Shown one piece after another: positions 12,460 through 25,846 of a stretch of 64,000 nucleotides of DNA. This DNA is from Cycas panzhihuaensis (taxonomy: Eukaryota > Plantae > Cycadophyta), in assembly GCA_023213395.1 (NCBI GenBank), contig CM041465.1, positions 215,519,741-215,583,740 of the forward strand, in the 5' to 3' direction. Each line of letters starts with the position of its first letter. The first letter of the stretch is position 1. The notes below the pieces were generated by a model. It was not told the DNA's origin and searched no databases. It saw nothing but the letters and a program-made list of their open reading frames with translations. Position numbers and translations under genes: made by a program.

Positions 12460-15400
12460 CATGATGTCATAAATGATCCTTTCAAGCACCATTAAGCTCA
12501 ATGAGATAAACAATTTTATACCATGGAAGAAGTAAGTCAAAAACTTGCTTATCATGAATGAATTTTAGGCCTATGTTAATGGGGACATACCTCTTCTCGT
12601 TCCTACACTAGATCCTAATGATTCCACTAAAATAATTTCACCTGATCCTATAGCCTTAGAAAACTTCAAGTCTAAGGACAACATAGCATTATCCATCCTC
12701 CACTTGGCAGTTGAAAACTAAGTAGATCAAAACATCAAAACCACTCAAACATCTCATGAGCCATGGAAAAAACTTTGTGCCCTCTATGAGAGAAAAGATG
12801 AATTAAGATTTTTGACACTCAAATCTCATCTATTTACTATGCCCTTTACTAGTAATATTACTAACCATTTAACTAAAGTTAAAACAATTCAAAACTAGTT
12901 GATTATCCTTAGTGAACCACCTTCTGATTACAACTTAATTTTTAACATTAATAACATTGTTCCTATTGAATACAACTCCTTTGTATCCAAGTTACATGAA
13001 AATTACTCTAAGATAGACTTTATAATCTTTAAGGGGCTCTTACTTCAAGAGGAGAATATACTCAACTAACTAGGGGTGACATCAACATCTGACTAAGCTC
13101 CTACCTTTATAACTTGAAACTCAAAAAAAGGTAAGACTATTAATAGAGTAGCCTAATAGCTTAGTTAGCAACAAGACCTAGCTCAACACTTAGACTCTCT
13201 CTCCATATTACAAGAGTCATATCAATAGCTAACTTAGTAGCATCCTATTAGCACCTTCTCCTCCTCATGTTTAACTTAGTAGTCTTATTAGTCTCAGCAC
13301 CAATCATAGGGATAGTCCCAAAAGAATCAGCAGGGCAAACCAAATATCACATGCCTATATTGTGGTAAAACCGGACATCTAGATATTAAATATCGGAGAA
13401 AATAGGTTGATTTATAGCTCTTGTGGAACCAAGAGAGCTAAGAATATGGGTTATTTTTTTAACAACCACCTCCTATTTATTAACAAGGAGCACCCTCATA
13501 CCATCAAGGAGGTCCTAATTACACTTAATAAAGATAAGGAGTTTCTTATTAATAAGGAGGACCATTCCCTCCTTAAGGAGCCCCCTTTCCATAATAAGGA
13601 GGCCCTCGTTATCAACAAGGTGGTCCCATTCAACAATAAGGAGGCCTTTTCTACCCATAAGGAGGGTCGTCATATCAAACCCAAGGCCAATTCTATTAGC
13701 ATAATTGGAATCCAAGGCCCACACAAGGATAAATACCTCAAAACAGGCAATAGTTCTCAAATAGAAATAAAAGGAACCAACAGTATAATTAATAACAAGG
13801 TGACAATATGGGATATGGTTAGGATTCCTCCTCTCATAACCTATTTTTTGCATTAATATCCTCATAACTTGATGAGACTACATGACTTCTTAATTCTGGT
13901 ACAATGAGACACATGACAAGTTTTGAAAAGATATTAGAAGAGACCCAATCAAGCAACACTCAAATGGTCATATTTGGGGATAAGTTAATATACAATGTGA
14001 CCAAAATTATTAAGGTATCAATAACATTGAAGGATTCCAACATTAAACACCACATAAATAATGTGTTCCTTGTACCAGGTATGAAGATAAATATGTTTTC
14101 TATTGGTCAAATGGACAAGCAGAACTTAGATGTCCCCTTTAGCTAGGGCATTTGCAAAATTATAGACCATGCTATAAGTAAACTTGTGGCCACAAGACAT
14201 GAACATGGTGGCTTATACAGGCTAAATAAAGTCCCCCTTACCACTACATCATAAAATGATTCCTATTTCATGGCCAACTCAACTCAATCTAATAAGGGGA
14301 AGGATGTAATGGATGAATAGTCACCTTATATATAAGAACCTAGAGAATGCTCCCATTCAAAGGATGATATGATTACAAATAGTTGTAAAGACCACCTATG
14401 GCATCAATGCCTAGGTCATTTAAATATGTAAATCTTGAACCTCATGTCTAGGATAAAAATGGTATATTACCTACCTAAAATTAAGAGATACCAAAATATA
14501 TATGAGGCCTGCCTAAAGGGAAAGCAGCAAAGAGAAAAATTCCCTTCCAAAAATGCATGGAGAGTTTCACAACCATGAGAGTTAGTCCACCCTAACATTT
14601 ATGGTCCTATGTCCATCTAATCTCTTAATGGAAGCTAGTATTTCATCACCTTCATAGATGACTTCTCAAGTAAAGTATGGGTTTGTTTCTTAAGAAACAA
14701 ATATCAAGCCCTAAATAGATTTAAAGAGTTTAGAGCTGTTGTAGAAAATGAAAGTAGGATGAAAATCAAGATTTTTAGATCTAATAATGGTGGTGAATAT
14801 ATTTCAAATCACTTCAATAACTTTTCTAAGGAACATAGCATCCATCATCAATTTTTTACTCCTCATATACCTCAGCAGAATGATGTAGTTGAAAGGATGA
14901 ATTAGACTTTGATCAATAAAGGAAAAGCCATGCTTAGTGCTACCAACCTTGCCACCAGATTTTGGGTCAATGCAATTGCCACTGATGCTTACCTAACTAA
15001 CATAAGTCTCACAGTTACGTTTAGCAACATTACTCCCAAAGAAGCTTCGTTAGACCAAAACCCATCTGTAGCTCACTTGAAGATCTTTAGATGCATGACA
15101 TATAAACATGTCCCAAAGGATAATAGAAAGAAGCTTAATGGTAAGAGCCTTATGTGCATCTTCCTTTGCTATGTACCTAGTTGCAAAGCCTATAAAGTAT
15201 TTGACATAGTTAGCAACAAGTTTACAAAACACAGGATGTAATCTTTATAGAAGAACCATAGGAATTGACAACTCCTTAACCTCCCATTATAGTAATAGAT
15301 GAAGTTGGTGTATCACAAGTGACTCTTAGGTAAATATTAGAGCCACCAGTACCAACTTCCTCGTATACACTAGGCCCCTTATCAGTTCTAGTAGCATCTT

Positions 15401-17120
15401 CATCATCCACTCAAGTAAGCACAACCATGCCTCTCATTTCAGTTAATGACCTCCAGATGGAAGCCACCAGATTTTAGCCATCTCCTAAATAGGTACAACA
15501 ACTTTTAAAGAATGCTCCTCCTCCTCTCATAACTATAAAGTGACCTTCCAAGATAAGACACTCTACAAACTTTACACTCATGGCATGTATCCTTGAAATA
15601 CCTGAGCCTTCCATGTTTGAGGAGGCAGTCAAAGGCCAAACATGGAAAGCAGCTATGGATGAAGAGATGAATTCCATCTTAAAAAATAACACATGGGAGT
15701 TGATTGAATTGCCACTTGGGAAGAAAGTAATTGATTATAGATGGTTATATAAGATAAAATTCCATCTAGATGGCACTGTAGAGCATCATAAAGCTTGCCT
15801 TATTGTAAGAGCTTTCAAATAGTAGGAAGGAATTGACTATGAATAGACCTTTGCAGTGGTAGCCAACATGACCATATTCTATTTGGTTATGTCCCTAGTA
15901 GCCTAATTTGGATCGCATATTTACCAAATGGATATAAAGAGTGCTTTCCTCAATGGAGGGCTTAAAGAAGAGGTTTTCTTAAAACAACCCCCAAGCTATA
16001 ATGTTCCAAGACAATAATGCTTAGTTTGTAGACTTAAGAAAGCCCTTTATGGACTTAAGTAGGCACTACATACCTGATATACAAAAATAAATGCCTTTCT
16101 CACATAGCATAAATTCAACCGTTCACCCTCTAACCCAAATCTTTATATTTGTGTTAGAGATAATTTGATCACCATCATTGTTCTCTATTTGGATGATTCT
16201 ACTATCACTGGCAATGATACGGATGGAATTTCTTAGATTCAATTAGAATTAAAGAACAACTTTAAGATGAATGACCTTGGGCTACTCCACTACTTCCTTT
16301 GAATTAAAGTTTGGCAAGAACTAGGTCACATCTTCCTAACTCAAATGAAATATGCTAATGAGCTCTTAGAAAGATTCAAGATGACAGAATGTAAACCTAC
16401 ACCAATTACCATAGAGACAGGAACTAAGTTAAACCTAGATGATCAAGGAAAGCCTTTCGATCCTACTTTATACTAGTAGTGAGTAAGGAGCCTTATTTAT
16501 CTCACTCACACTCATCTAGACATCTCATATGCCATACAGACCTACTCTAGGTATATGTCACAAACCAAAGTATATCATTGGAAAGAAGCCAACAATATCC
16601 TTAAATACATCAATGGCACTCATCAGTTTGGCCTTGAGTACAACAAGACTAACTCACCTATTCTAAAGGGACATACAAATGTTGATTGGGTTGGTTTCCA
16701 GGATACTCTCCATTCAACTTTAGGCTACTATTTTGATATGAACTCAGTTGTAATCTTATGGAGTTATAAGAAGCAGCCTAATATTATCCATTCCTCCATC
16801 AAAGTAGAATAATAAAGTAGTTATCCATGTTATAACTGAGTTGATTTCACTTAGAAGGATTCTTGTTCATCTTGGACTTCAACAACAGGCACCTACCATC
16901 ATATACTATGATAATCAAAGCATGTTGAAGATGATGAAGAATATTGTATTCCATGTTAGAACCAAGAATATTAAGGTCCATCATCACTTCATCTATAAGA
17001 ATGTCTAGAACAAAGAAGTTGATTTCATTTACCATCCTAATGAAGACCAGGTTATCAACATCTTCAATAAAGCATTAAGTAAACCAAAGTTTGAACAGTT
17101 TAGACATAATCTCAGTATCC
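12460..17120 (+). pseudogene. Copia G gag-pol (gag, Zn knuckle, PR, INT, RT, RH)
   Basis: IKLNEINNFIPWKK (gag), CLYCGKTGH knuckle at 13352, LLNSGTMRHMT (PR), FITFIDDFSSKVWV and PQQNDVVER (INT), AMDEEMNSILKNNTWEL and QMDIKSAFLNG (RT), GHTNVDWVG (RH). Confidence 0.92.
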
Positions 17121-17149
17121 AAAAAAATAAAGTTGCAATTAAGGGAGGG

Positions 17150-17531
17150 TATTAAAACTATCTAATACGTCCTCCATTTCTTCACATCTTTGTAATATAA
17201 TATTCACATTATATTAATAGACCCCTGATGTAATTAAATCACATTTGATAGTGAGGTCAGGTACACCTCTTATGTTGTTAAGTTGACCTATCAAATTGTA
17301 TTATAATATTAGTATATGGTTATAAATAATACCCCACACCTTTGTACATCATATTGATTTGATTTAAATGTGGAAGATCCACCCAAAAAGGAGCCTACAG
17401 TCTAATGAGTTCACTTCTAACCTTTCCAATATATTTGTCTTGTTCATTTGCATATTCCTTGAATATTATAATCATTTTACTTAATTTACTTTGATCAGTA
17501 CATATGTATTAAGATTCTGATATTTTTATCA
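17150..17531 (+). repeat. 3' LTR of Copia G
   Basis: Follows the PPT; direct repeat of 10129-10511. Confidence 0.92.
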
Positions 17532-19050
17532 TACATGGTCTATAGGGTCTTGAGATGAAGTGACATCAAACTTAGTACTTAGGGGGGATGAGGACATAAG
17601 TTAGTTTATAATACCTCTACAAATAGTAGAATCAATTAATAATTGATGAAGGGGCATACCCCCAATTGAGCAAACAGATCGACTAGAGGATAGGAGGGTA
17701 TGGCATAAGGGTATACACCCTCCACATATGGTTGGCAAGATGGAGCTGGATAGGGTACATGACCTTGATAATAAGGAGGGTAAGTGGGAGGAGCATATGA
17801 GCCCTCCCCTTATGAATATAAAGAAGGTGGTGGTCCACCATAGGGGTACGGAGAATAAGGGGGTGGGTGAGGGCCCCTCGGTCCACCTTAGGGGTATGTC
17901 ATATAAGCAAGAAAAATATAAGGTTATATCACTGGAGGAACAAAGACATAAAAAGGTAAAGTATGCAAAAATCCATATCCCTGTTGAGAGGGGTCACCAG
18001 GTGGCATTAAATAAGGGAGTTAAGAAGTAAGGTGTGGTGTGGGGTTCTAACCAAAAAGTCCCCCTATAGGAGGAATGACCCTATAAGGGTGGAGAGAATC
18101 CACCCCATATATGGTAAGGGGATTTAAACCCCCATGGCCCCAACGTTATGATGTATACCCTTAAGGAATAAATAAGGAATAATTTATTTAACATAATCAT
18201 ATATAGGGATGGGACACACCTCCTTGTCTGAGGTAGCGATCATGTGGGGGCATAATAGAGGATAATGGTGGTATGGGGGTTATGGTTGGTTGGGTAATGG
18301 TTATTTAGAGATGGGGTACACATGTCCTAGCATGGGAGACTTACATACACTAAGTGACCTCTACACTAGATGAATCACCCATAATAGTTGGTGTAGGTGT
18401 CCCTTCTTAAAGAGAGGATATGATAACTATAGGAAGGGAAGTCAGTGGGACTTCAGTGGAGATTGTTGATGATGTGAATAAAAGATGGCATAGCCACCTT
18501 GATGGGTTGACTAGCCACTTCCTCAAAGTATTCCTTCAACACTTCTACCATATAACTTAGGGGAGTATGGTTACGGTCATAAGAAGAAGAGTGTTCTCTT
18601 TGAAGACTAGAATGAGTTGGAAAGGAGGTGATAAGATGGATCTAGGTAGACCTCAAGTTTCTCTGTAATGTGATAAGATGGATCCCCTCCCACATGGGTG
18701 GGGTCCTCATATGGGTACAAGGCCTCTATTTGAGGATAATTATAGGCATAAAAGTCATGTACCCAGTCTAAGGGGTAACCCTCCATTAGTGACTCTTGGT
18801 CACTCAATTCAATGTGGGTATATGTAGATGGAATTTCTGAAGGAGGTAAATCACATAAACTATACAATATGTAGCATATTCACAAGTTTTTTACTCACCT
18901 ATGGAATAATATAAATATGGTGGGAGTAGGGATGATGTTGATGACTACCTAAGATACCCTAACTAACTAGAATATGAGGAAAGAAAATATGGAATACCTA
19001 GATACTTCTCTTGGTTTTCCCTACTAGTAAGTCCCTAGTATGGTCACCAG

Positions 19051-21439
19051 TGAAACACTCCTAATAGGGGTAACTTTAAGGTAGTTATAACTAGGTGGCA
19101 TGAACCTAGCTTATGAGTTTGGTGTGTGTACAACTTATCTTAAGCACCTGTGAAAGGCACCCTTATGCTTCTTTAGTGCGTATGCAAGGGTGGTTGTCTT
19201 AGGGTTTTATAACTAGGGTAAACCAAGGGCACTGGATTAGATGTATATGTGTATGTATGTCAAGGTATTTCTTAATAAAAATTAGATATAAAGGGGATAC
19301 AATAAAAGTATGTTACATGCCACTAGATGCAACTATATGCTCTTCTTTTTTTCTTTAATGAAGTGCCACTACTCTATCAAGTTTATGCTTAATCCCTTGT
19401 GGATTTGGGACTCATGTAAATGTAATCCCTCCACACAAATAGGGCTAGTTCCCTAGAATATAAGCTAATGTATCCAAACTCTATTTTTAAAAAGAAATAC
19501 AAGAATGTAAATGCAAGAGAAAGAGAGGTGCAATGGAAAGCAAATAAACACTTTGCTTTACTTTTTTTTTTTTTTTTTGTAATAAAAGGGAATAAGGGGG
19601 AAGTGGATAAATAAGAGAATCTAGTAAATAAGAGTAAACTCTCTCCTCCTCTCTCCTATTTTCCTAACTCTCTCTCTCTCTCTCTCTTCTTTTTTTTCTT
19701 TTTTTTAACAAAAATGAGATAAACAATAATGAAATAGACAATTATAAGGGAGGAGTTAGGTGAGAGTGTGTACCTAGGAAAAGGATGGTTAGGGAAGTGA
19801 TGCCCTCCACTTATAAATCTGTAACACTCCTCCTATGATAGGAATAAGGAGGGGGGCTAATACTTACCTACCCCTTGAGATAAAATTGACAACATTTCTA
19901 CTTGTTGAATGGCCCTTATGACAAAAAAATGGGCACCAAGTTCTAAAAACTGAAAAAGGAAGATGAAAAAGAAAAGGAAGGGAATCAATAACTACCTTCT
20001 TCAATGATAGTCATTGAGGAAGTTGTTCGAAACCCCTTTGCAACAAAAAACAAGCCAAAAGTCTCTTCTCCTTCAACTTCCTTCCTACAAATAAGTCAAC
20101 CTTCCTACAAATATAAGTGATCTACCACACTATCCAATTGAAAATATCATTAAAAGATCATAAATACTTAAAAGAATAAAGAGACTAGTTCTAAGTTATT
20201 AAGCATACAATTAAATGAATGATGAGGGATAAGGGTGCCTCAGAATGGCATCATCCCCCTATATATACGTTTAGTTTCCTAAGTTATACTTAGGAAACCT
20301 CCCCTTAACTTGTAGCTTTATCACAAGAAATTAGTCAAGGAAAATAAGCATAAGGAGGCAAAGAGAGACTCTAATCACAAAGTAAATGAGATGATGATAA
20401 GTAAAACAAGCCTACTAGTAATTTAGCATCAAGGAAATCATATAATATGGCATGAAAAAAAGATGGAATAAGGAGAGTGAAAAGTACCTCAAGCATGAAA
20501 GAGTGGATTACCTTTACCTTGGTGAGAGGATGGTGGCCAATGGCTACTTAATATTTTCCATAAGGACTCATAAAAGGCTCTTGATTACTTGCTCCTAATC
20601 TCCCAATTGAAAGCTAGTTGATTACTCTAAATGCTAGAATTCTAGTCAAATTTTAGTAGCATATCCCCAAGATTTCTCTTGAACAAATGGTCTCCCTCCT
20701 CCTTTGGAAAAAGGAGGGGATTTATTAATGAAACTAAGGTGAGGGGTTGGTGGTTTTCTACCCATAATATGGAGAAAACTATCAATCACAAACTATGAGT
20801 CATGCTCATGGTTTGAGAGATCTAGGTTGAACAAATTAAGAAAATGATTGGATTGAGGCTTGTTTAGCCTCTCTAGATATATACAATCAGATCTAAGGTT
20901 ACTATGACATGTCAAGTCTGAGAAAATCATATTTAAGAGCTGACTATCACTATTAATCTCGAACCTAGGTAGGTAACAATTGTACCATAGATATATTTAT
21001 AGTACCATAAATATATCTATAATACCACAAGCAAATCTGTGGTATTATAAATGTAAATAGAATACTTTGTAATATGGAAATAGAGTAGATTTTTTACTAA
21101 CTCTATATATAATCAATTGGATTGATAAACAACATTATATAAGGTCTCTATCAGTCAAAATAGGTGGTAGACAAGTGGAAATAAGCTATAAGCTATAGGG
21201 GAGGTACCCTTTTCCAACTTAAGAACATTGATAAGGGACATAAGGGCCATGGACCTAGGTCCTCATTGTCATTAGCATGCAAGTTGTGATATAAGCTAAC
21301 CAATGAGTGTATGAACAAGCATATATCCATCTCAACATTTTAAATATAAATCAAACAAAGAGTAAAAGGGATAAAAACATACCTGTGGTTACTTTACTCA
21401 ATCGATCATCCAAATCCCATTCCTAGAAGTTGAGAAATA
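19051..21439 (-). repeat. 5' LTR of Tat element F (~2.4 kb)
   Basis: Begins 1 nt from the PBS. The outer end CCCATTCCTAGAAGTTGAGAAATA matches the LTR terminus of E (CCCATTCCTGGTAGGCAGGAAACA). Confidence 0.72.
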
Positions 21440-22008
21440 GCATGTATTTTATTTTTATATGGATATAACATTATATTTAAAGTAGTTGTATGATAAAGAA
21501 TATTTTTTTGTAGAAGCATAGATGTTTAATCTATGTCTTGTAGTTTAGTAGTATCCCCTATTATGTGTATTAAGGGATCATAGTGTATGCATTTCTTTAT
21601 GTTTTAGTCATTGGTTGACTAAGTGGTCCCTACCATATGACTAGACACCCATATAGTGACATATATTATAAATATATGTTATTTCATAATGCAAGTTATA
21701 AATGATCATTTCCCCCAAAGGGTTGTGTATTATATTATATATTTTATATTTTTATCTAATATATTACCATAGCTTTGTGTATGTGTTTTATATTATATTT
21801 TCATAATATCAAATCATGTAATTTTAATAGTTTCATCCCTTAAAGTATCTATTTTATGAATTTTATTTTTTTATTTATCCTAGCTATTATGATTAGACCA
21901 AAATCATAATAGGGAGCCTTTCTTTTTTCATTTTTAATAAATTTGCATAGATTTAGAAAATAAAAAGAATAATTAAGGATCATTTTTCTAAAATTTTAAT
22001 AGTATTCA

Positions 22009-22010
<2 letters not shown>

Positions 22011-22040
<30 letters not shown>

Positions 22041-22150
22041 ATGTGTGTGTGTGTGTAGATAGATAGATAGATATATAGATATATGTATGTATGTGTGTAT
22101 ATATATATGTATGTATGCATATAGATAAATATATAGATATAGATATAGAT
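22011..22150. repeat. Compound microsatellite (AT)n(GT)n(AGAT)n
   Basis: Directly visible in the sequence. Confidence 0.95.
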
Positions 22151-23804
22151 ATTAAATTTTTACTACTTTATATACTATTTCTATGTTTATTATATTTTTT
22201 AATAGAATTTTTTATAAATATATTAATTTTTAAATTTTCATATTTTTTTAGCCTATATAGTAGGAAACAGTATTGAGTTTTGGATAAAAGGTGATGATTT
22301 TTAGACTAAAATTTTCCTCTAAATTTAGTTAGCCGTTATTTTTCTACCACATACACATACATATATTTTTCTTTTTTCTTTTTTATTTTCAAAATTCGAG
22401 GACTTAATTCCTATGGTCTTCTAATTTTATTGCTTACTTATATTGTTTTATTATTTATTCTCTCATTTTCATACAAATTTATTATTTACTTTTATTTAAT
22501 ATTTCTTTTCATGCATATAACCTATCCCCATATTGATATATATTCCTTTAAATCATGCCTTAACTTGAAATAATATGATATTTAGTATTTAAAATCACTA
22601 GTGTATAAACCACTTATTAAATAACTTAGTTCATACTTCATGAGGTAAAGTTGTAATATACATTTGTACAAAGTAATATTATTATGATGTTGGTATTTTA
22701 TGGTGCGTCCCACATATAGTCAAGTTGTGTATTATAAATACACACTCAATATATCATATCAAATCATGATGTAGTAATATTATTCTAGTGTTAATATAAT
22801 CTACCTTAAGGGTATCATTATGATCTTGATGTTTGTTTATTTTTATTTATGCATTATTATTTTATTTCAATTTTAATTTTCTATATTACTCTCTCTAAAT
22901 ATTAATACTTTCTATTATGTTATCATACATTTTATAACATGTCATCATTTTTTATTTTATTAGATAATTAGACTATCTAATAGCCATCAAAATTAACACT
23001 CAAGAAATAAAGACATAATAAAAAACCTCTTCAAAAGGAGAGATAGCAAGGTACAAAAATAATAAAATATAGAATGTGATAATTAAGATAATAGGAACAT
23101 CCATCAAAAACCACTTTTTAGTTTTTATATTTCCACTATTACTCCACTCATAAACTCTTTTCAAGTGTTGCATGGTAGAATTAAATTTGGTCAAATGATT
23201 CATTAATTGGTTGCTTAATGTTGCAACCACTATGTTGGGTAATAATCAATACTTTCTCTTTAGTACTAGAAAAAATTGAGTTATTATCCTAGAAATATAA
23301 AGACAATTGATTCTCTTACTCAGTGGACTCAATGACTTTAGCCTTATATAAAATAAGATATACAAACATCCTGTGTGCACTCTTGCACGAAATTAATCAT
23401 GTCTCTATAGGTTTAACAACCTAAAGATTAATAGTGTTCCACCATAGAAAATAAATAACTTGCTTCTACATGACACTATAGTGTTCTACCTCAAAGCATC
23501 ATTAACTTATTCCTATTTGTTTACTTACTTCTAGGCCTCCCTTACACATATAAGTATGCTTTGTTTACTTTAATTGATTGAAACTATAGATTAGATTAGT
23601 TATGTATATATATGTATAAGTTTGTGATTATGCTGATTATTAATGATGATAAATTTAATGATAGATCACTTAACAACAACTCTAATTTTTCCCAATCTAC
23701 AATTCAATTTATGTCATTCTCTCACTACCCCTTCTAACTTCATCATTAATTTTTTGTTTTTTGGATCTTTTTTATCTATTTCAACTTACACTACAAACTT
23801 TACA

Positions 23805-23975
23805 TTATCATTGCTACAAAAGGTAACTTTTATTAAGGTTCTAATATATTCATTATAGCATCACCACTACAAAAGGCAACTTTTGTCAAGATGTTTGTGT
23901 ATTTGTTGTAGCATCATCACTACAAAAGTAACTTTCATCAAGGTATTAGTGTATTCATCTTAAACCATCATTACA
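23805..23975. repeat. Three degenerate ~53-bp tandem repeats
   Basis: The unit core (c/g)ctacaaaa(g)gYaacttt...tYaagRt recurs at about 23813, 23866 and 23919. Confidence 0.7.
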
Positions 23976-25846
23976 TCCAACGATTTGATGGAAAGGTGAT
24001 TTTCATTTATTTTATTTATTTTTTACATTTTTTAAAGGTAGTGTTAGGTAAAGTTATGGGCCTAATATGATCTAAAAATAGGTTTCTTTATATTGAGTTT
24101 AGGTTGGAAGTAAATCTCTACTAGTATGTTAATTAAGCTAAGTTGTGCTTTAAAGAGTTTATGAGAGTTTGTTTGGAAGCCTTGACTATTAGTTTTACAT
24201 CCATTGAAGAATTATCAAGCATTCATCTATAGGATTCCATTTTCTACTATATCAATTTGCATTTTTCCTTAATTTTCAATAACCAAGCTTCACCATTGTT
24301 TCACATTTTCTCATTTCTCACTTCCACCTTTTCAATTTGGGCATTTGCTAGTGGGATTTCGAGTTTGATAACAATAGTTTTACTTAGGTGAAATACATTA
24401 GAGGTATAAGTATATGTTTTTTTAAGTTTTTTATTGAATTTCAATTGTCCATTTGTGCTTATTAATCTTTAAAAATTCATGAATATTAACTAACATGTAT
24501 CTAATAGCATTACTTATGCTTTGATTACATTTCCTTTGGTTTTGATTATTAATATATACATTATGTTATTAGATTCCTATGCCTAACCATAAATTAAGGT
24601 TTTTAACTTGATTCCTAACTTTGTGATTGCAAAATTTGATCATTATCTATATATTTCATGTTTGGTTTCATATATCTTTCATTGATTTAATTTCTCATAT
24701 TAATGGATGTAAGTTCTATGCTCCTAACTTATTTGCTAAAAATGTAACATTTGCACTTTAATGTGTTTGATACATCATTTAAGAATTTAGCTAGTTTTTC
24801 TTTCAATTCTTTCATCTAATATACTTTTTCTAATTTTATAGATTTATCCTATTTGGTTTAGGTATGGTACATCATTTACCCTTATTTAACATATCTCTAC
24901 TTATTTTTTCCTAAAAATTTCCCCAGGTGTAGTCATTATTCTACTAAAAATTCAAAGAATTTCATGCATTATGGTTTCATTTGATTCATATTTAGATCAA
25001 CTTTTTGGCATCTTCTAAGATAGTCCACTCATAACTTTGTTTGAAATTTCTTAAATGTAGCAAAAATATTATTAAAATATCCATAATTCTAACAAGTTTT
25101 AAATTAATTGATTTAAATGTGTTGCATAAGCTACTATTAAGGAATAAATTATATGTCCTAGTTTTAGTTTTATTTTCTTTTTAAATCCTTATTATTATTA
25201 CTTTTACTTTATGCTAACTTCTCTTCCATAAACAAGAAGTGTTAATTAGAGTTTGGTGTGAAAAAAAAAAAAAAAGAAACAAACTCTAAATAAGGAGTGA
25301 ATTCATGTACAACTACTTCACCCTACTTCTTTCTAACTAGTTCCCTATTTACTTCTCATTATTTTTCTAATTTTAAAAAGAGAAATTATGGTTTTATTTC
25401 ATAGGTCATAGTTAATTATAGATATAGTTAAAGTTTCCCATGATTTTCTACTTTTGCATGCTATTTGATTGATTATTTATTTAAATTCAACTTGTTTAAC
25501 TCTTTGGTTAAATAACAACTACTTATTTATTTCTCAAATTGCATTTTATTTTCAGAACATATTTCTTTTATCATATTCTCATAGTATATTGATTTGAATC
25601 TTGGGAGGGATTAGGTTACTTTGATAAATAGGATAGTTTTACATCCTTAATTCAACTTTCCATCATATTTATTATTTAGGCCATGATTTTAGGAGGGATT
25701 AGCTTGCTTTGGAATTTATCATAAAGTCATAAGCTTGTCTTTCACCTATTAGAGGGTGATGGCACTAATTTTTCCCTTTCAAATTTATATGAGAGTAGCT
25801 AGACACAAGTGACCTTAATTAGGGGAAAACCCTTTCAAAACGGGGT

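Larger units (their letters stand above)
10129..17531 (+). mobile_element. Copia G, full-length but decayed; lineage not resolved
   Basis: LTRs 10129-10511 and 17150-17531 differ at roughly one base in five. PBS TGGTATCAGAGC at 10512-10523, PPT AAGGGAGGG at 17141-17149, TSD AACAT/TACAT. Confidence 0.93.
9031..21439 (-). mobile_element. Tat-clade Gypsy F: 5' LTR, PBS and gag; interrupted by Copia G and by Copia A/B; remainder not in the window
   Basis: Gag remnant at ~9750-10128 (CIDY*AYDHILMKLFP*SL*GD...F.NYFDVA) is collinear with the gag of E and continues after 17531. PBS TGGTGACCATACTAGGGAC at 19049-19031. Confidence 0.8.

Noticed and set aside
13407-13856. 149-aa ORF with NKE repeats as a separate gene
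   Set aside because: It is an off-frame reading of the QGGP heptad region of the G gag.
23150-23410. Helitron remnant (CC..GRIKF-like peptide and GTGCA-CTCT-TGCAC hairpin)
   Set aside because: The peptide needs a frameshift, the stem is only 5 bp, no CTRR end sits at the expected distance, and no Rep or helicase motif is present.
23860-23930. CACTACAAAA as a CACTA transposon terminus
   Set aside because: It is part of a 53-bp direct repeat; no inverted partner, 3-bp TSD or transposase was found.
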